Shown one piece after another: positions 19,844-30,692 of a DNA stretch of 64,000 nt (the stretch's first letter is position 1; each line of letters opens with the position of its first letter). The position numbers and the translations under genes are program-made. Where the stretch lies: positions 186,001 to 250,000 of the IMG/VR virus record IMGVR_UViG_3300027771_001853; one strand, 5' to 3'. Below the pieces are notes generated by a model, which saw only the letters and a program-made list of their open reading frames with translations, was not told the origin of the DNA and did not search any database.

Positions 19844-20632
19844 TTAACCGAACATAGTTATCCAATTAAATGGCACATTGGGTTGTTCTCTACAAACACC
19901 CTTTTCTTCATAGTATTTATTAACTTTTTCTGTATACTCCTTGGAATTACTAAAATTTTCGCTACCTGTAAATAGAGTTCTCTCATCTTTACTCAGTTCA
20001 TGTGCAAATCCAAAGCTTGGTACAGTTGACGGACTACAAGACCAGTTACTATCCTCACAAGCCATCCCAATAAAATTAAGTCCCATACACGCGTAACATT
20101 CACAATTTAAAAAATCTGATGCTTCTTTTAACATTGTTAATTTGTCCGCTCCATTACAGGCTGTAAAATAAACCTTGGTACTGGAATCCACAACTTGTTT
20201 AAGACCTTTTAAGAATCCGGCATGGAAACTATACGTCATTGGTACCTCTTGGTCTGCTCCTTTTTTTCTTGTACGGTTTGGTGTTATTAATAAAGTACCA
20301 GGGGTACCATGAGAACCAATCAACACCTCCTCTAAAATAATACCCTCATCATTTAAATAATTAAAAAACTCATTAGCTTCTTTTAAAGTCTTATAGGTTC
20401 CTGTTACAAGACCCATCGCCTCTAAAGCTTTAACAGCAAACTCTTCCCACCCTTTTTTTGGAAATATTAACCTGGCTTTGGTCGGTGTTGCTCCAGCAAT
20501 TAACTTTATTAACTGACTTAAGGGGTTGTACTCAACCAACCCATACCCAACATTTTTAACTAAACTAAATATTTTGTCTTTTAGTGTAGGTTCTGTTTGT
20601 TCTCGTAATATTCTTTTTATTAAGTCTTTCAT
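19844..20632 (-). CDS. Putative clan CD (caspase-fold, DUF4347/C80-like) cysteine peptidase
   Basis: VLIGSHG...VYFTACN His/Cys dyad pattern; likely start MKDLIKRILREQ at 20632. Confidence 0.55.
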   Translation of the reverse strand: MKDLIKRILREQTEPTLKDKIFSLVKNVGYGLVEYNPLSQLIKLIAGATPTKARLIFPKKGWEEFAVKALEAMGLVTGTYKTLKEANEFFNYLNDEGIILEEVLIGSHGTPGTLLITPNRTRKKGADQEVPMTYSFHAGFLKGLKQVVDSSTKVYFTACNGADKLTMLKEASDFLNCECYACMGLNFIGMACEDSNWSCSPSTVPSFGFAHELSKDERTLFTGSENFSNSKEYTEKVNKYYEEKGVCREQPNVPFNWITMFG

Positions 20633-20633
20633 T

Positions 20634-22148
20634 TTAAGAAGGTGGGTTACCAAAATAATTAGCCTGACTAACAACTTGGAAATTTATTGCCTCCCGGTAA
20701 CTGTTAACCTCTAGATTGGAAGTGGCTTTTAAGTCTATAAAATACTCATTAGGTATCATATCCCCAGTGTCGATAATAAAGTAGTTTTGGTTGTATGCAC
20801 GACTAACTTTACTCCATGGGTGTGTTTCTACTTGTTGTGTACCTTGTTTAACAAATACCCTATACTCTAAATCAGACACATCCACATTAACATTAACCGT
20901 ATATGGTTTTCTTGCTGATACTATAATTTTTCTAACATCACCACCTACTATTTTTTCAGCCTTTTTTAAACCACTAAAAGAATAACCATAAGTTTTAGGT
21001 TCACCCACATTGGTCCCTATATTAAAATACTCACTATTGGATTTTAATGTGAACTTGTTGGTTACTTTATCTTTACACACACCATTTATTTCTACGTTTG
21101 ACCATTGGTCTCTAAATAAACAAGGTGTGGTGTAGGTATCACAATCTATACTAAAACAAGTACAGTAAACACCTTTAGTAACTTTGGATATATTGGTGGA
21201 TGTTAGTGCTGAAACAATATTATTACTATTGTCGTATATGGTAACACTAGGCAAAGAGTCTAAATCTACTGGGTGACCACCGGCATTCACATACAAGTAT
21301 AAACAATTAGTCTTTCCTTCATAAAAATTCGCTCTAGAGTCTTCTATAGTATCATCATAATTACTTTCTAGATAAGGTTCATAAAATGTTTGTGTGTATT
21401 TTGTGTAAAACCCTACCGAATAACTTTCTGTTAACCCTGTCATATTTTCATACCTAGCAAAAAACGAAATACCGTACCCACAATCATCAGGAGTACCACC
21501 ACTTAATATGTTATTAATTTCTGCTGACATATCAAACACAATATTCTCATTACCGTTATCGAAATGTTGTGTATCTATAATAGAAACAGCTGGTGCTCCA
21601 CCGTTATTATAAATTCCTGGATATAACCACGACTGTAAGGTGGTAGCTTTAAAATAGTTACTTGGTCTTTCTGAATAACTTTTGTCCGTTTTCATCGCTT
21701 GGAAATCCCATGAAGATTTGTAGTCGTACCCTACACCCTCGTCCCAACATGCTGTAGTCGCTGAAACATGAACATTATCCACTATTTTAAATAATAAAAG
21801 GTCAAAAGAAGTTGCTCTCATACGTGCAGAGGCATTTTCAGTATTTAAAAGTTCTGTATCAAAAAACGAAGTATTCACCATTCTTAGAGTATGTGTGGTA
21901 GCCGAATTGCCACATCCACCCGCTACAACTATAGTACCATCAGCGTATTTACGTTTTAAATCCTGTAAATCCAAATCAAATATAAATCTTGAAAACTTAG
22001 ATGATGTACTTGTGGTACCCCCAGAAGAGTTTATTGAAGTATACCCACCACCATAATATAATTCAGTGACTGGATTTTTAGCAGTGTTTACCTCACTACC
22101 TTTTACTATTGTATTATTTTTACTAAAATATGATTTATGTAGAGCCAT
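20634..22148 (-). CDS. Putative virion structural protein (DNRLRE-like N-terminal region)
   Basis: KNNTI...NT...EL...SRFIFDLDL...WDEGVGYDY pattern; TATTTATA upstream; next to baseplate gene. Confidence 0.5.
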   Translation of the reverse strand: MALHKSYFSKNNTIVKGSEVNTAKNPVTELYYGGGYTSINSSGGTTSTSSKFSRFIFDLDLQDLKRKYADGTIVVAGGCGNSATTHTLRMVNTSFFDTELLNTENASARMRATSFDLLLFKIVDNVHVSATTACWDEGVGYDYKSSWDFQAMKTDKSYSERPSNYFKATTLQSWLYPGIYNNGGAPAVSIIDTQHFDNGNENIVFDMSAEINNILSGGTPDDCGYGISFFARYENMTGLTESYSVGFYTKYTQTFYEPYLESNYDDTIEDSRANFYEGKTNCLYLYVNAGGHPVDLDSLPSVTIYDNSNNIVSALTSTNISKVTKGVYCTCFSIDCDTYTTPCLFRDQWSNVEINGVCKDKVTNKFTLKSNSEYFNIGTNVGEPKTYGYSFSGLKKAEKIVGGDVRKIIVSARKPYTVNVNVDVSDLEYRVFVKQGTQQVETHPWSKVSRAYNQNYFIIDTGDMIPNEYFIDLKATSNLEVNSYREAINFQVVSQANYFGNPPS

Positions 22149-22172
22149 TAAAATATCTTTAACTATAAATAG

Positions 22173-23846
22173 TTAGTTGATTCTAATATTCTGATTTAAT
22201 ATTTCTGTCCTCGCAGTATTTAAAGCCTCATCAATGTCACTTAGTGTTACATTACCTTCTTTAGGTTTATCAAATGGGGTCCCTTGGGGGAAATGATGAC
22301 AGTGACCTCTCATCCAGTCTCGCATCATTTCTAGAAGTAATACTAGTTGTTCTCCCCTTACTAAAGGTTCCATGTACTTGTCCTGGGTCTGTATTAGTGT
22401 TTTTTGGTCTATACCTGTTTTGTATGGTGATTGGTCGTAATTTGTTTTTGATTCTTTTGTCGGATTGTTATCACCTTTACTAGCAATTTTAGATGGGTAC
22501 GCGAATAATAATATTTTATCACTTAATAATGTCGCAACACCTTGTTCTTTATCGGGGTCGTCTTTTGCTTCTTCTAATTCAGTCTTTTTGATTTTTTCTA
22601 CAGGTGATGGACTTAATTGTGAAAATACCAAGCCAAAACTATCATCTACACCTACCACCCCTTTAATTTGTGACTCTATTTGGACGGCTATTTTATTCCC
22701 AGTGGCTACAGCCTCTTGGAACCCTATTGTTGGTCTATAGTAAAAAGGCCATAAGTTACGTATGTCAGTACTCCCTGCTGGTGATTCAGTACCTGTACTT
22801 ATTGGGCTATAGTTAAGGAAATTTTTTGACCACCCACCACTAACTGATGGTACTGAATCCAAAAATCCGTTTCCGGCTGGACCACTACCATTCGCTTCAT
22901 TTATAAATTTATCTATTAAATACGTTACCCCACTCATTGGTTGTGGTCCGAACGATAATTCTACTAATGGTTTTGTGTCCCAAGAACTTAAAATGTTTGT
23001 AGTTTTACCAATATCTTTACTTGATAAGGCTCTTGGTATCTCTATCTCACCATTAGCTGTTACTTCCCATAATTTAACATTCCCGTAAAAACCACCTACT
23101 TGACTAAGGTCGTCTATATCATACTCTATTAAATAATTAACTTCACCTACCTCCACTTCCGGTTCCTCATGTACCGTTTTCTCCATTTCTTTAGCTGTAA
23201 TAAAACTAGACAGTTGGAGCATGGTAACGTCATCGTTTTTTGTTGGGAACCATGGTGATTGTGTATTTGGTTTGAACTTACCTGCCCTAATAACCACCTC
23301 CCTAGAACCCAATATAATATCTGAATTATCTTTTCCGTCTATGGAAACGGTATTGGGGTTAGCAAAAGTACCATTTGATTTTTCGTTATTAGTTATAGCT
23401 TCACTTCCTTTATCTCTAGTTCCTTTAGAATACCCCTTTCTACCAGAACCATAATGTTCACCTAAAGCATCTGTACCACCTAAATGGTGTGGTTGTGAAA
23501 TAGTTGAACCTACGTATACCCTATTCTGTTCTTTGTTGGAGTCTTGGTAAAACATAATAGGTACGTTGTCACTGACACTCGGTGAAACGTTTATATGTAT
23601 GGGTAGTAGTGGTTGTGTAAGAAAAGGGTCATCTTTAGACCAATACATAGCTTCCACGCTAGAGTAACCCTTATCACTATAAGAAGTTTCGTAAGTAGAG
23701 TCAACGTAATTCTGTGGTGTTTCACTTTTATATTCAAAATCAGCTACTAGTCTAATTCTCCCCGCTCTTATAGGGTCATTATTGTCTATACACACACCGA
23801 AGTATATGTTATTCTGTGGGTTAATTTTTTGCACTCCTTTAGCCAT
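22173..23846 (-). CDS. Baseplate hub/spike protein (gp5/VgrG-like OB fold)
   Basis: N-terminal GVCIDNNDPIRAGRIR; C-terminal PLVRGE...HCH apex motif. Confidence 0.7.
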   Translation of the reverse strand: MAKGVQKINPQNNIYFGVCIDNNDPIRAGRIRLVADFEYKSETPQNYVDSTYETSYSDKGYSSVEAMYWSKDDPFLTQPLLPIHINVSPSVSDNVPIMFYQDSNKEQNRVYVGSTISQPHHLGGTDALGEHYGSGRKGYSKGTRDKGSEAITNNEKSNGTFANPNTVSIDGKDNSDIILGSREVVIRAGKFKPNTQSPWFPTKNDDVTMLQLSSFITAKEMEKTVHEEPEVEVGEVNYLIEYDIDDLSQVGGFYGNVKLWEVTANGEIEIPRALSSKDIGKTTNILSSWDTKPLVELSFGPQPMSGVTYLIDKFINEANGSGPAGNGFLDSVPSVSGGWSKNFLNYSPISTGTESPAGSTDIRNLWPFYYRPTIGFQEAVATGNKIAVQIESQIKGVVGVDDSFGLVFSQLSPSPVEKIKKTELEEAKDDPDKEQGVATLLSDKILLFAYPSKIASKGDNNPTKESKTNYDQSPYKTGIDQKTLIQTQDKYMEPLVRGEQLVLLLEMMRDWMRGHCHHFPQGTPFDKPKEGNVTLSDIDEALNTARTEILNQNIRIN

Positions 23847-24054
23847 TATCTTCTGTTAGTCTTGCTCTACCTTTTAACTCGTTATAGACTTTAAAATAAG
23901 CTTCCTCCACAAAATCCAAATGTTTACTTAGTTTAACTAGTAACTCTTTGGTTTCATCAAATTCATTTTTTAAAGTATCTGCAGCTTCTAATAAATCTTT
24001 ATTAGTCTTATCTTTATGTTCCTCTATTATATTTTGTAATTTGTTTTTTTCCAT
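23839..24054 (-). CDS. Small coiled-coil hypothetical protein
   Basis: 71-aa ORF in operon. Confidence 0.65.
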   Translation of the reverse strand: MEKNKLQNIIEEHKDKTNKDLLEAADTLKNEFDETKELLVKLSKHLDFVEEAYFKVYNELKGRARLTEDNG

Positions 24055-24055
24055 A

Positions 24056-25975
24056 TTAAGCTGTTAATCCTGTACCTTGTCCTTTATCGGTAGTACCAAT
24101 ACCTCCTGGTGTTTTAACTGTCATGGGGTAAATCCCAACTTTTGTGACAGCATTAGTATCAAACTCCTTTGTTCTCCCATCTTCATAAGCCATTAATGCT
24201 GTAACATACTCATTAGGTGACCCATCTGGGTTATCCGACACATCTATTCCAGATTCTTCTAAATTTTCTAAAGTATTAAGAACCGCTCTAGTTTTAGAAT
24301 AGCCTGGACGTGCAGAAGTTGCAAATCTTAAAGTACTAGGCACGTTCAATCCACCCCCAGGGGGTAAAGGAATTTTTAGTAACCTCATAATACTATCCAA
24401 TATACTTTTACAGTTCATTAAATTATCTATCATTTCCAATACTGTGGTTAATAAAGTAATTAATGATTGTATTATCTGCATTTGTTTCATCATTTGTTCC
24501 CCCATTATTTGACTGGTTAAGTAATCTATTAATTGTAATATGAATTTTTTTACTTCATCGTATAAAATCTTTATTAATAAATCTTTTAATCTTTTTATGA
24601 TTCTTTTAACCAACCTAATAAATTCTTTTAGGAACTCTTCTTTGTTTATGGAGCTCATCGTGTTCCCTATAGCCACCCAAGCTGTCACTATGGGTAATAT
24701 TATCTTTGGTGTTAGGATTAAACTGACTAATATTTTAGGTAATTGTTTTATAATATCTAAATTAATATTCAAATCCAAATTAGGTATGTTAATACCAAAA
24801 CCATTTATATTGTTATTTAGTGCTTGTTCAATCTTAATATTTTCTACTGTTGGGTCAGATTCACCCAGTAAGGACTCTAGTGCCGAATTAATCCCGTCCA
24901 CATCGACAGGTTTTTCTATATTATCACAATCTTCAAACCTAATCATCCCTTTCATTCTTAGATTCGCTAAATCATATATGTGTCTAAGGTCTTGTGGTCC
25001 AAACTCAAACAAGTTAGTGTCCACATCATCGTCAGATAAATGGCCGGTACCTGAAACATTAACTTCATTACCTAAACCCACATCATCATCACCACATAAA
25101 CCTAAAATTCTTTTAATTATTTCCCAAAACTTACCATCTAATTCCAACTCTAAAGGTGTTTTACCTAACTGTATAGATACCACACCTTCTAATATTTCAA
25201 AAAGCATAGCCATAAAATTAGTCTTTCCAAACATATCTATAGAATCAAAATAATCTCTTATAAATTCGGTTAACTTATAGTTATTTTCTCCCGGTGCTCC
25301 TTTCCATGGGGTAGCATTCGCTGGCACTGTAGGTCCTGTGGAAAATGACCCATCTCTACCATATGGTCTTATAGTTAAACTTGTGGTACCGTCATAAACA
25401 ATATCAAACAGTTTATTGGTGGAGGCCCCGTAAATGGTAAATGTACCAGAAGGGTTGGATATAACATCATACAATTGTTTATTCATTGCAAAAGGGACAC
25501 TACCCACAGACATAGATTCTTTTTCATAAAGAAACTTACCTGGTGTGTCTGATGGTGAAACCTTAAGTAACTCCATAATATCAACCCCTCTAATGTCTAG
25601 AACGATATCATTAGCGTTTGGATTCCCTAATACTGGTCCATCCGCGGCTGGGATTTCAAAATCTAGATTACAATTCAAAAAGTTTAGAAGTTCTTCAAAT
25701 ATAATTTCTTTAATCTCAGGATTCATTTTACCAATACCCGTAGTTATCTTTTTTCTTACCCTTTTAACAGCATCTTTCCCACCACCTACTTGAATAAGGT
25801 CCATCAAATAAGGTATAAGGTTATTAGATTTATCTTTTATATTATCGTAGGAGTCCATTATACTCCTTATTTGTTGTTGTTTTTTTTCCTTACCTTCTTT
25901 TATTTTTTTAAACGTGGATAGGTTTTGGAATCTGGTAACAATACTTGATTTGGCTTCTTGATTATCTGTAGGCAT
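24056..25975 (-). CDS. Hypothetical protein, probably structural (baseplate region)
   Basis: 639-aa ORF; helical C-terminal half; operon with the gp5-like gene. Confidence 0.6.
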   Translation of the reverse strand: MPTDNQEAKSSIVTRFQNLSTFKKIKEGKEKKQQQIRSIMDSYDNIKDKSNNLIPYLMDLIQVGGGKDAVKRVRKKITTGIGKMNPEIKEIIFEELLNFLNCNLDFEIPAADGPVLGNPNANDIVLDIRGVDIMELLKVSPSDTPGKFLYEKESMSVGSVPFAMNKQLYDVISNPSGTFTIYGASTNKLFDIVYDGTTSLTIRPYGRDGSFSTGPTVPANATPWKGAPGENNYKLTEFIRDYFDSIDMFGKTNFMAMLFEILEGVVSIQLGKTPLELELDGKFWEIIKRILGLCGDDDVGLGNEVNVSGTGHLSDDDVDTNLFEFGPQDLRHIYDLANLRMKGMIRFEDCDNIEKPVDVDGINSALESLLGESDPTVENIKIEQALNNNINGFGINIPNLDLNINLDIIKQLPKILVSLILTPKIILPIVTAWVAIGNTMSSINKEEFLKEFIRLVKRIIKRLKDLLIKILYDEVKKFILQLIDYLTSQIMGEQMMKQMQIIQSLITLLTTVLEMIDNLMNCKSILDSIMRLLKIPLPPGGGLNVPSTLRFATSARPGYSKTRAVLNTLENLEESGIDVSDNPDGSPNEYVTALMAYEDGRTKEFDTNAVTKVGIYPMTVKTPGGIGTTDKGQGTGLTA

Positions 25976-26343
25976 TACATTGTGTATTTAGTGTCTTCTT
26001 TATCTTCCGACTCTTTATTTAACAATGCGTTTAAAGCGTCTTTGTCGTCTAGTGAAAAACTAAATGGTGTCTCACCACCCTCTGAATCTTTTAGTGTTAG
26101 ATTTGATTGGATTTTTGATAGTTGAATCTTTTTCTCTATTGTGGAGTCCACTATTTTTTGTTGTTCTTTTATAACAGGACCTAACAATTGTAAGTCTTCT
26201 GGACCATGCATAAAAGTTAGCATTTTGTTCTGAATTCTAATAGCTGTGTTCCTTTGTTCTACACACTCATTATAAATCTCCTGTAATAAAGCTAAAACAC
26301 TATTCGTGTCTAATGTAATTTGTTTTTTCTTAGGTCTTGGCAT
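25975..26343 (-). CDS. Hypothetical phage protein
   Basis: 122-aa ORF; TATTTAT upstream at 26364-26370. Confidence 0.7.
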   Translation of the reverse strand: MPRPKKKQITLDTNSVLALLQEIYNECVEQRNTAIRIQNKMLTFMHGPEDLQLLGPVIKEQQKIVDSTIEKKIQLSKIQSNLTLKDSEGGETPFSFSLDDKDALNALLNKESEDKEDTKYTM

Positions 26344-26379
26344 TTTGTCATATTTTTATAACAATAAATATTTGCAACC

Positions 26380-27078
26380 CTACTTCCTAAGTGTCTCTAC
26401 TAAAGATTTATATATTACTTTATATTTTTTTAAAGCATTTCTTATTTCTTTGGTAGTTAATCCGGTCATTTCTCTTAGAGATAGGAGTATTAAGTTTTTA
26501 TTAAATTTATTACCTTTTCCGTGTACAAAAATAGCTTCGTAGTTTACAAACACGTCCACTAAAGCTAATCCTATTTTTTCTTCATTCTCGTTAAGGTCAT
26601 TTTCTTCCATGAACTCCTCAATCTGTATTATTAACTTTTTAGTAAGTTCATTAGGTTCTAACCCATCTTTATGCATATAATAAACCATGTCATCCCTTTC
26701 CTGTATACTACTGGAGATGTCCTCATAGGATATGTTTCTAATCATTTCTTTCCTATCTTTTATTATCTGACCCATTAGGTAATTCTTACATATGGTCCCA
26801 AAATAAGAATAAGCTTTTTTATTTTTTTCTGGTTTAAACTTTTCAGCTTTTGTAATTAAGAAAGAAAGTGTGTCAGCGTGAATATCTCTAAATTCTAAAC
26901 CTTTTCTATATAATTTATACCTTCTAATAATAGAGTCAATCATTTTATTTAGTGGAGCATATAGATAATCTTTATATATCCTATCTTTTTCAGTCCAAGT
27001 ACTGGCTGTTAGAAACATTCTAACAGCGTACTCTTGTTCTTGACCGAAATATACTTTTTGGGTTGACTTACGGGGCAT
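26380..27078 (-). CDS. Phage sigma factor, T4 gp55-like (late transcription)
   Basis: KFKPEKNKKAYSYFGTICKNYL matches the gp55-type sigma region 2 pattern. Confidence 0.7.
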   Translation of the reverse strand: MPRKSTQKVYFGQEQEYAVRMFLTASTWTEKDRIYKDYLYAPLNKMIDSIIRRYKLYRKGLEFRDIHADTLSFLITKAEKFKPEKNKKAYSYFGTICKNYLMGQIIKDRKEMIRNISYEDISSSIQERDDMVYYMHKDGLEPNELTKKLIIQIEEFMEENDLNENEEKIGLALVDVFVNYEAIFVHGKGNKFNKNLILLSLREMTGLTTKEIRNALKKYKVIYKSLVETLRK

Positions 27079-27088
27079 TATATAGGTT

Positions 27089-27961
27089 TTACTCAGCTGT
27101 TTCTTCTGTCTTTGGTTGTATTTCTTTTACAGAACCACCAACAGAATCTACGCTAACATTTTTTATTTCACCATTATCAGTGTATTTGACTTTTCTATCA
27201 GCTTTAAAGAAGTACTCTTTTTTAGCTGTGTCCATCCAAAACTTTGCTTCCTCTGGCATTAATTTATCACTACTGTGGTTTTTATATTCCCAGAATAACG
27301 ATTCCACTCTCATGTTTGTATGTTTATAACCTACTTTAGGTATTGACATAATTTGTAAGTCATTATAGGTAGCTCTTAATAAAAATTCGTAAACAAATGT
27401 AAGTTTCATAGAACTTTTAAATCCACCTATAGCTTCGAAGTCTTCTTTTTTCATCGCCATACCACTAGTTTGGAAATTTTGGTAATTTAATAGAGCTGTG
27501 TTATCTAGAAAACCTAATTTATCTGAGAATTTCATAGCCCATAGTGCTTCATTGGTGAAACTTATAAACTGACCAGCTTCATCCACATCCACAACTAAAG
27601 GTAAGAAGATTGATGCTTTCTTATAAGCGTTTTTATATTTTTCTATATTTTTAAACCATATTGTAGAGTACTCATCGTCGAATTCTAAAATAGAGAACCA
27701 TGTAGTTTTTAATTGGCTTACACCATAATTTATTTGTGAACAAAAGTCTAGGTCACCTTCATTTATCATGTATTCCACATTTAGTTCACCAAAATCATAT
27801 GCTTCCATAAATGATTTTACTTCTTCACAATCACAGTGAATTATAGCTACCTTTTCAGGTTTAATTGTATTTTCTTGAATACTTTTAATTGACTTGCTAA
27901 ACCAGTCATTAAAGTTTCCTTCTATTGTATGTACGGGTATTAAAACAGTTATATCTTTCAT
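27089..27961 (-). CDS. Glycosyltransferase family 2-like (GT-A)
   Basis: ITVLIPVH start; N-x-G; ILEFDD; IGGF. Confidence 0.75.
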   Translation of the reverse strand: MKDITVLIPVHTIEGNFNDWFSKSIKSIQENTIKPEKVAIIHCDCEEVKSFMEAYDFGELNVEYMINEGDLDFCSQINYGVSQLKTTWFSILEFDDEYSTIWFKNIEKYKNAYKKASIFLPLVVDVDEAGQFISFTNEALWAMKFSDKLGFLDNTALLNYQNFQTSGMAMKKEDFEAIGGFKSSMKLTFVYEFLLRATYNDLQIMSIPKVGYKHTNMRVESLFWEYKNHSSDKLMPEEAKFWMDTAKKEYFFKADRKVKYTDNGEIKNVSVDSVGGSVKEIQPKTEETAE

Positions 27962-27964
27962 TTT

Positions 27965-29029
27965 TTATGCGTTTTGTGGTTGAGTAAATTTATCTAAATT
28001 TTGAACTAGACCTTCTTTTCTAAGGTTAGCGTAATCTTCTATGAAGTTTTTTATATCTTCAGTTTCGTTTTCTTCTGAGTATTGTGCGTGTGTTTCTTCC
28101 ATCGCGTCGTATAGTTCTTGTGGTATAGAGTCTTCTAACCAATTTTTAAAATAAGACGAAGTGATATCTACCATTTGATTTAATTCGTATGTCCAGAATC
28201 CATTTTTTTCTTCCATCCATCCTGGTTTCATGTTAGGTATTTTACCTATAACTGGTGTCCCACATTTCATAGATTCTAACGGGAATGTACCTAATCCTGA
28301 AATATCATCTACCCAAACCGACAAACATGATTCACCTAATGCTTCAGCAAAATCTTCTCTTGATAAACCTCTCATATCTCTAAAAGTTACCCATCTATAT
28401 TGTGGATATTTAACGTAGAAAGTTTTAACTATCTTAGCTGTATCTCTAGGGTCTCTTGTATGGATAGCTATAATAGGTTTTTTTGGTTTATCGTCAGGTT
28501 TAAAATAATCCGGGATAGACAATCTAAATGTAGATACGTCTAATCCAGGGAATACACTTTTTATGTGGTTCATAGATTCGTCACTAGTGGTTAAACATTT
28601 GTTAACGTTAAATATTGGCCAACTTTGTCCTGGTTGTAGTGTTTCGAATATGTAATCATAAGATTGGCATAGTACCGCTCTTGCACAAGGCATTTCTTTT
28701 GTTTGTTCTAGTACATGACCAAAAACTTCTGGTACGATAACTAAATCTTGTGCTCCTACTTGTAGATTACCTTCTTCAATACAAGCGTGTGGTAATTGTG
28801 AATATTCTTCACTTAACCACTCGGATACTCCTTGGTAGTCTTTTTTCTCGTGTAAGATACAAGCATCGTACCCTAAATCAGTTAATACTTTTACCATTCT
28901 GTAATTGGTAATCACTGAAGCTCTTTGGACTCCTTTGGTGTCTTGTGTTAAAATAAATATTTTAAACGTTTGAGCTTCTAGTGAAGCGATTGCTTGTTGC
29001 ATCTTTTGTAATTGTTCTGTTTGCTCCAT
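27965..29029 (-). CDS. Glycosyltransferase, GT-B (GT4-like)
   Basis: VIVPE; GLGTFPLESMKCGTPVIG donor-binding motif. Confidence 0.75.
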   Translation of the reverse strand: MEQTEQLQKMQQAIASLEAQTFKIFILTQDTKGVQRASVITNYRMVKVLTDLGYDACILHEKKDYQGVSEWLSEEYSQLPHACIEEGNLQVGAQDLVIVPEVFGHVLEQTKEMPCARAVLCQSYDYIFETLQPGQSWPIFNVNKCLTTSDESMNHIKSVFPGLDVSTFRLSIPDYFKPDDKPKKPIIAIHTRDPRDTAKIVKTFYVKYPQYRWVTFRDMRGLSREDFAEALGESCLSVWVDDISGLGTFPLESMKCGTPVIGKIPNMKPGWMEEKNGFWTYELNQMVDITSSYFKNWLEDSIPQELYDAMEETHAQYSEENETEDIKNFIEDYANLRKEGLVQNLDKFTQPQNA

Positions 29030-29032
29030 TTT

Positions 29033-29362
29033 TTAATTTTTTTCTTTTATTATTTTATAATGTGATAATGTGTTGAATGCAAGTTTAAAGGGAATTGTTA
29101 GATTTTTCAAGCTATAAGACCCCATATCTTCATCTAATTCTTCAATAGACGTTAAAAGAGTATCAATCATCATCCTTAGTATCTCATAACGAGGGGCATT
29201 AATCTCGTAACCACTTATAGGGACACCATCTTCGTCTTTAGTCTTGTTCTGTTCTACTATCCTTATTAGATTTTCAAGTTCCTCAAAATCTATATAAAAA
29301 TGTGCCCCAGCAATACCTAAACTAAATGTATCTTCTAAATTATACTTGTTTAAATCTGTCAT
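29033..29362 (-). CDS. Hypothetical phage protein
   Basis: 109-aa ORF in operon. Confidence 0.65.
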   Translation of the reverse strand: MTDLNKYNLEDTFSLGIAGAHFYIDFEELENLIRIVEQNKTKDEDGVPISGYEINAPRYEILRMMIDTLLTSIEELDEDMGSYSLKNLTIPFKLAFNTLSHYKIIKEKN

Positions 29363-29909
29363 CTTCTAACTTTAATATATCTTTAAAGTAATCCAAAGTA
29401 ATATCGGATTCACTATCTTTATTGTAAGGTTTATCTATTTTTATAGATAACTTACCCTCAGGTTTTTTATTCAAGATTAATTTATTATCTGTAATAAATA
29501 TATCTGTTCTATCCCACAAATCGTCTATTGTTTGTATCGTATAAAACTCAATTCTTTCTACCAAAGCACCGTATTTAGCTAGGAAAAATAATGTAGCTGG
29601 TTTAGATTTTTCAATTTCATCTGAAACTAGATAAATGTCATAATCTTCTCTTTTTTCCTTATAGAACTCATTTAAACTATTAAATACATGTTTTTCTGCT
29701 TCTGTACCTGCACCAAATATTTCCATTGGGCATTCAACATATATAAATTCAAATAATTCTTCCTCAGTAGCAAAGTCAAACACGTCTAATAGGTTATCCG
29801 TTGAGGTTATATCTTTTTTACATTCTTTTTGTGTGTATTTTTCATACGTTTCGGCCATCTTTTTTAATACGTCCCTCAATACACCATTTATACTTATTGA
29901 TATTCTCAT
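29340..29909 (-). CDS. NT5C-like HAD-fold protein with degenerate active site
   Basis: MRISISINGVLRD (canonical DxDGVL lost); C-terminal DIFITD...PYN. Confidence 0.6.
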   Translation of the reverse strand: MRISISINGVLRDVLKKMAETYEKYTQKECKKDITSTDNLLDVFDFATEEELFEFIYVECPMEIFGAGTEAEKHVFNSLNEFYKEKREDYDIYLVSDEIEKSKPATLFFLAKYGALVERIEFYTIQTIDDLWDRTDIFITDNKLILNKKPEGKLSIKIDKPYNKDSESDITLDYFKDILKLEDDRFKQV

Positions 29910-29918
29910 ACTTCTAAA

Positions 29919-30668
29919 TTAAGATTTTTTATTATTTTGTAAAGAATCAAAAACTCTTTCTATTTTAGCTATTAGTGGATTCCTAACAACGTCTGACTTG
30001 TCGAATTGGATACACCCTATTTCCTCTAATTCAGCAAAGTGTTCCATTAAGAAGGTTAACCCGTTACCACCTTTAGAGTCTTGTTGTCTTTCATCACCTA
30101 AAAATATCATTTTAGAGTCCTTACCTAACCTAGTCATTATAGTTCTCATATTTTCTTGTGATATATTCTGTGCTTCATCTACAATTATTATTGACCTGTC
30201 TAGGTTGATACCCCTCATGTAAGCTATAGGCATCTCCTCAATAGTCTTTAATTCTCTTAATCTAGAGGTTATCGCCTGTCCAACTATCTTTTCAAAGTTA
30301 TGCACAAAAGAGAACATAAATGGTTCCATCTTCTCCCTTAAACCACCTTTTAAAAACCCAATCTCTTCATTTTTTAAAGTAGTTACTGATTTTACAATTA
30401 CAATCTTTTTGTATTTAGCGTATCTTTTTATTAATTTCAATGCTTCAGCACACGCTAAAAATGTCTTACCACTTCCCGCTGGACCAGAACATATGGTTAC
30501 TTCATTCACCTTTATAGAGTTAACTAAAGCTTTTTGGTTTTCAGTTTTACACTTAACATTTACTGTCATAGTGTCTGTCATTCTAGTCTCCTGAGTGTTG
30601 TTTTGATAAATCCAAGCTTCTACTTCTTGTTGTTCTTCACTACTTAATTTTTTACTCCTTTTTCCCAT
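29919..30668 (-). CDS. phoH: PhoH-family ATPase
   Basis: GPAGSGKT, IGFLKG, YMRG, IVDEAQN, TRLG, GD..Q.D, VVRN. Confidence 0.95.
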   Translation of the reverse strand: MGKRSKKLSSEEQQEVEAWIYQNNTQETRMTDTMTVNVKCKTENQKALVNSIKVNEVTICSGPAGSGKTFLACAEALKLIKRYAKYKKIVIVKSVTTLKNEEIGFLKGGLREKMEPFMFSFVHNFEKIVGQAITSRLRELKTIEEMPIAYMRGINLDRSIIIVDEAQNISQENMRTIMTRLGKDSKMIFLGDERQQDSKGGNGLTFLMEHFAELEEIGCIQFDKSDVVRNPLIAKIERVFDSLQNNKKS

Positions 30669-30692
30669 TAAAATTTATTTATAATTTAATTA

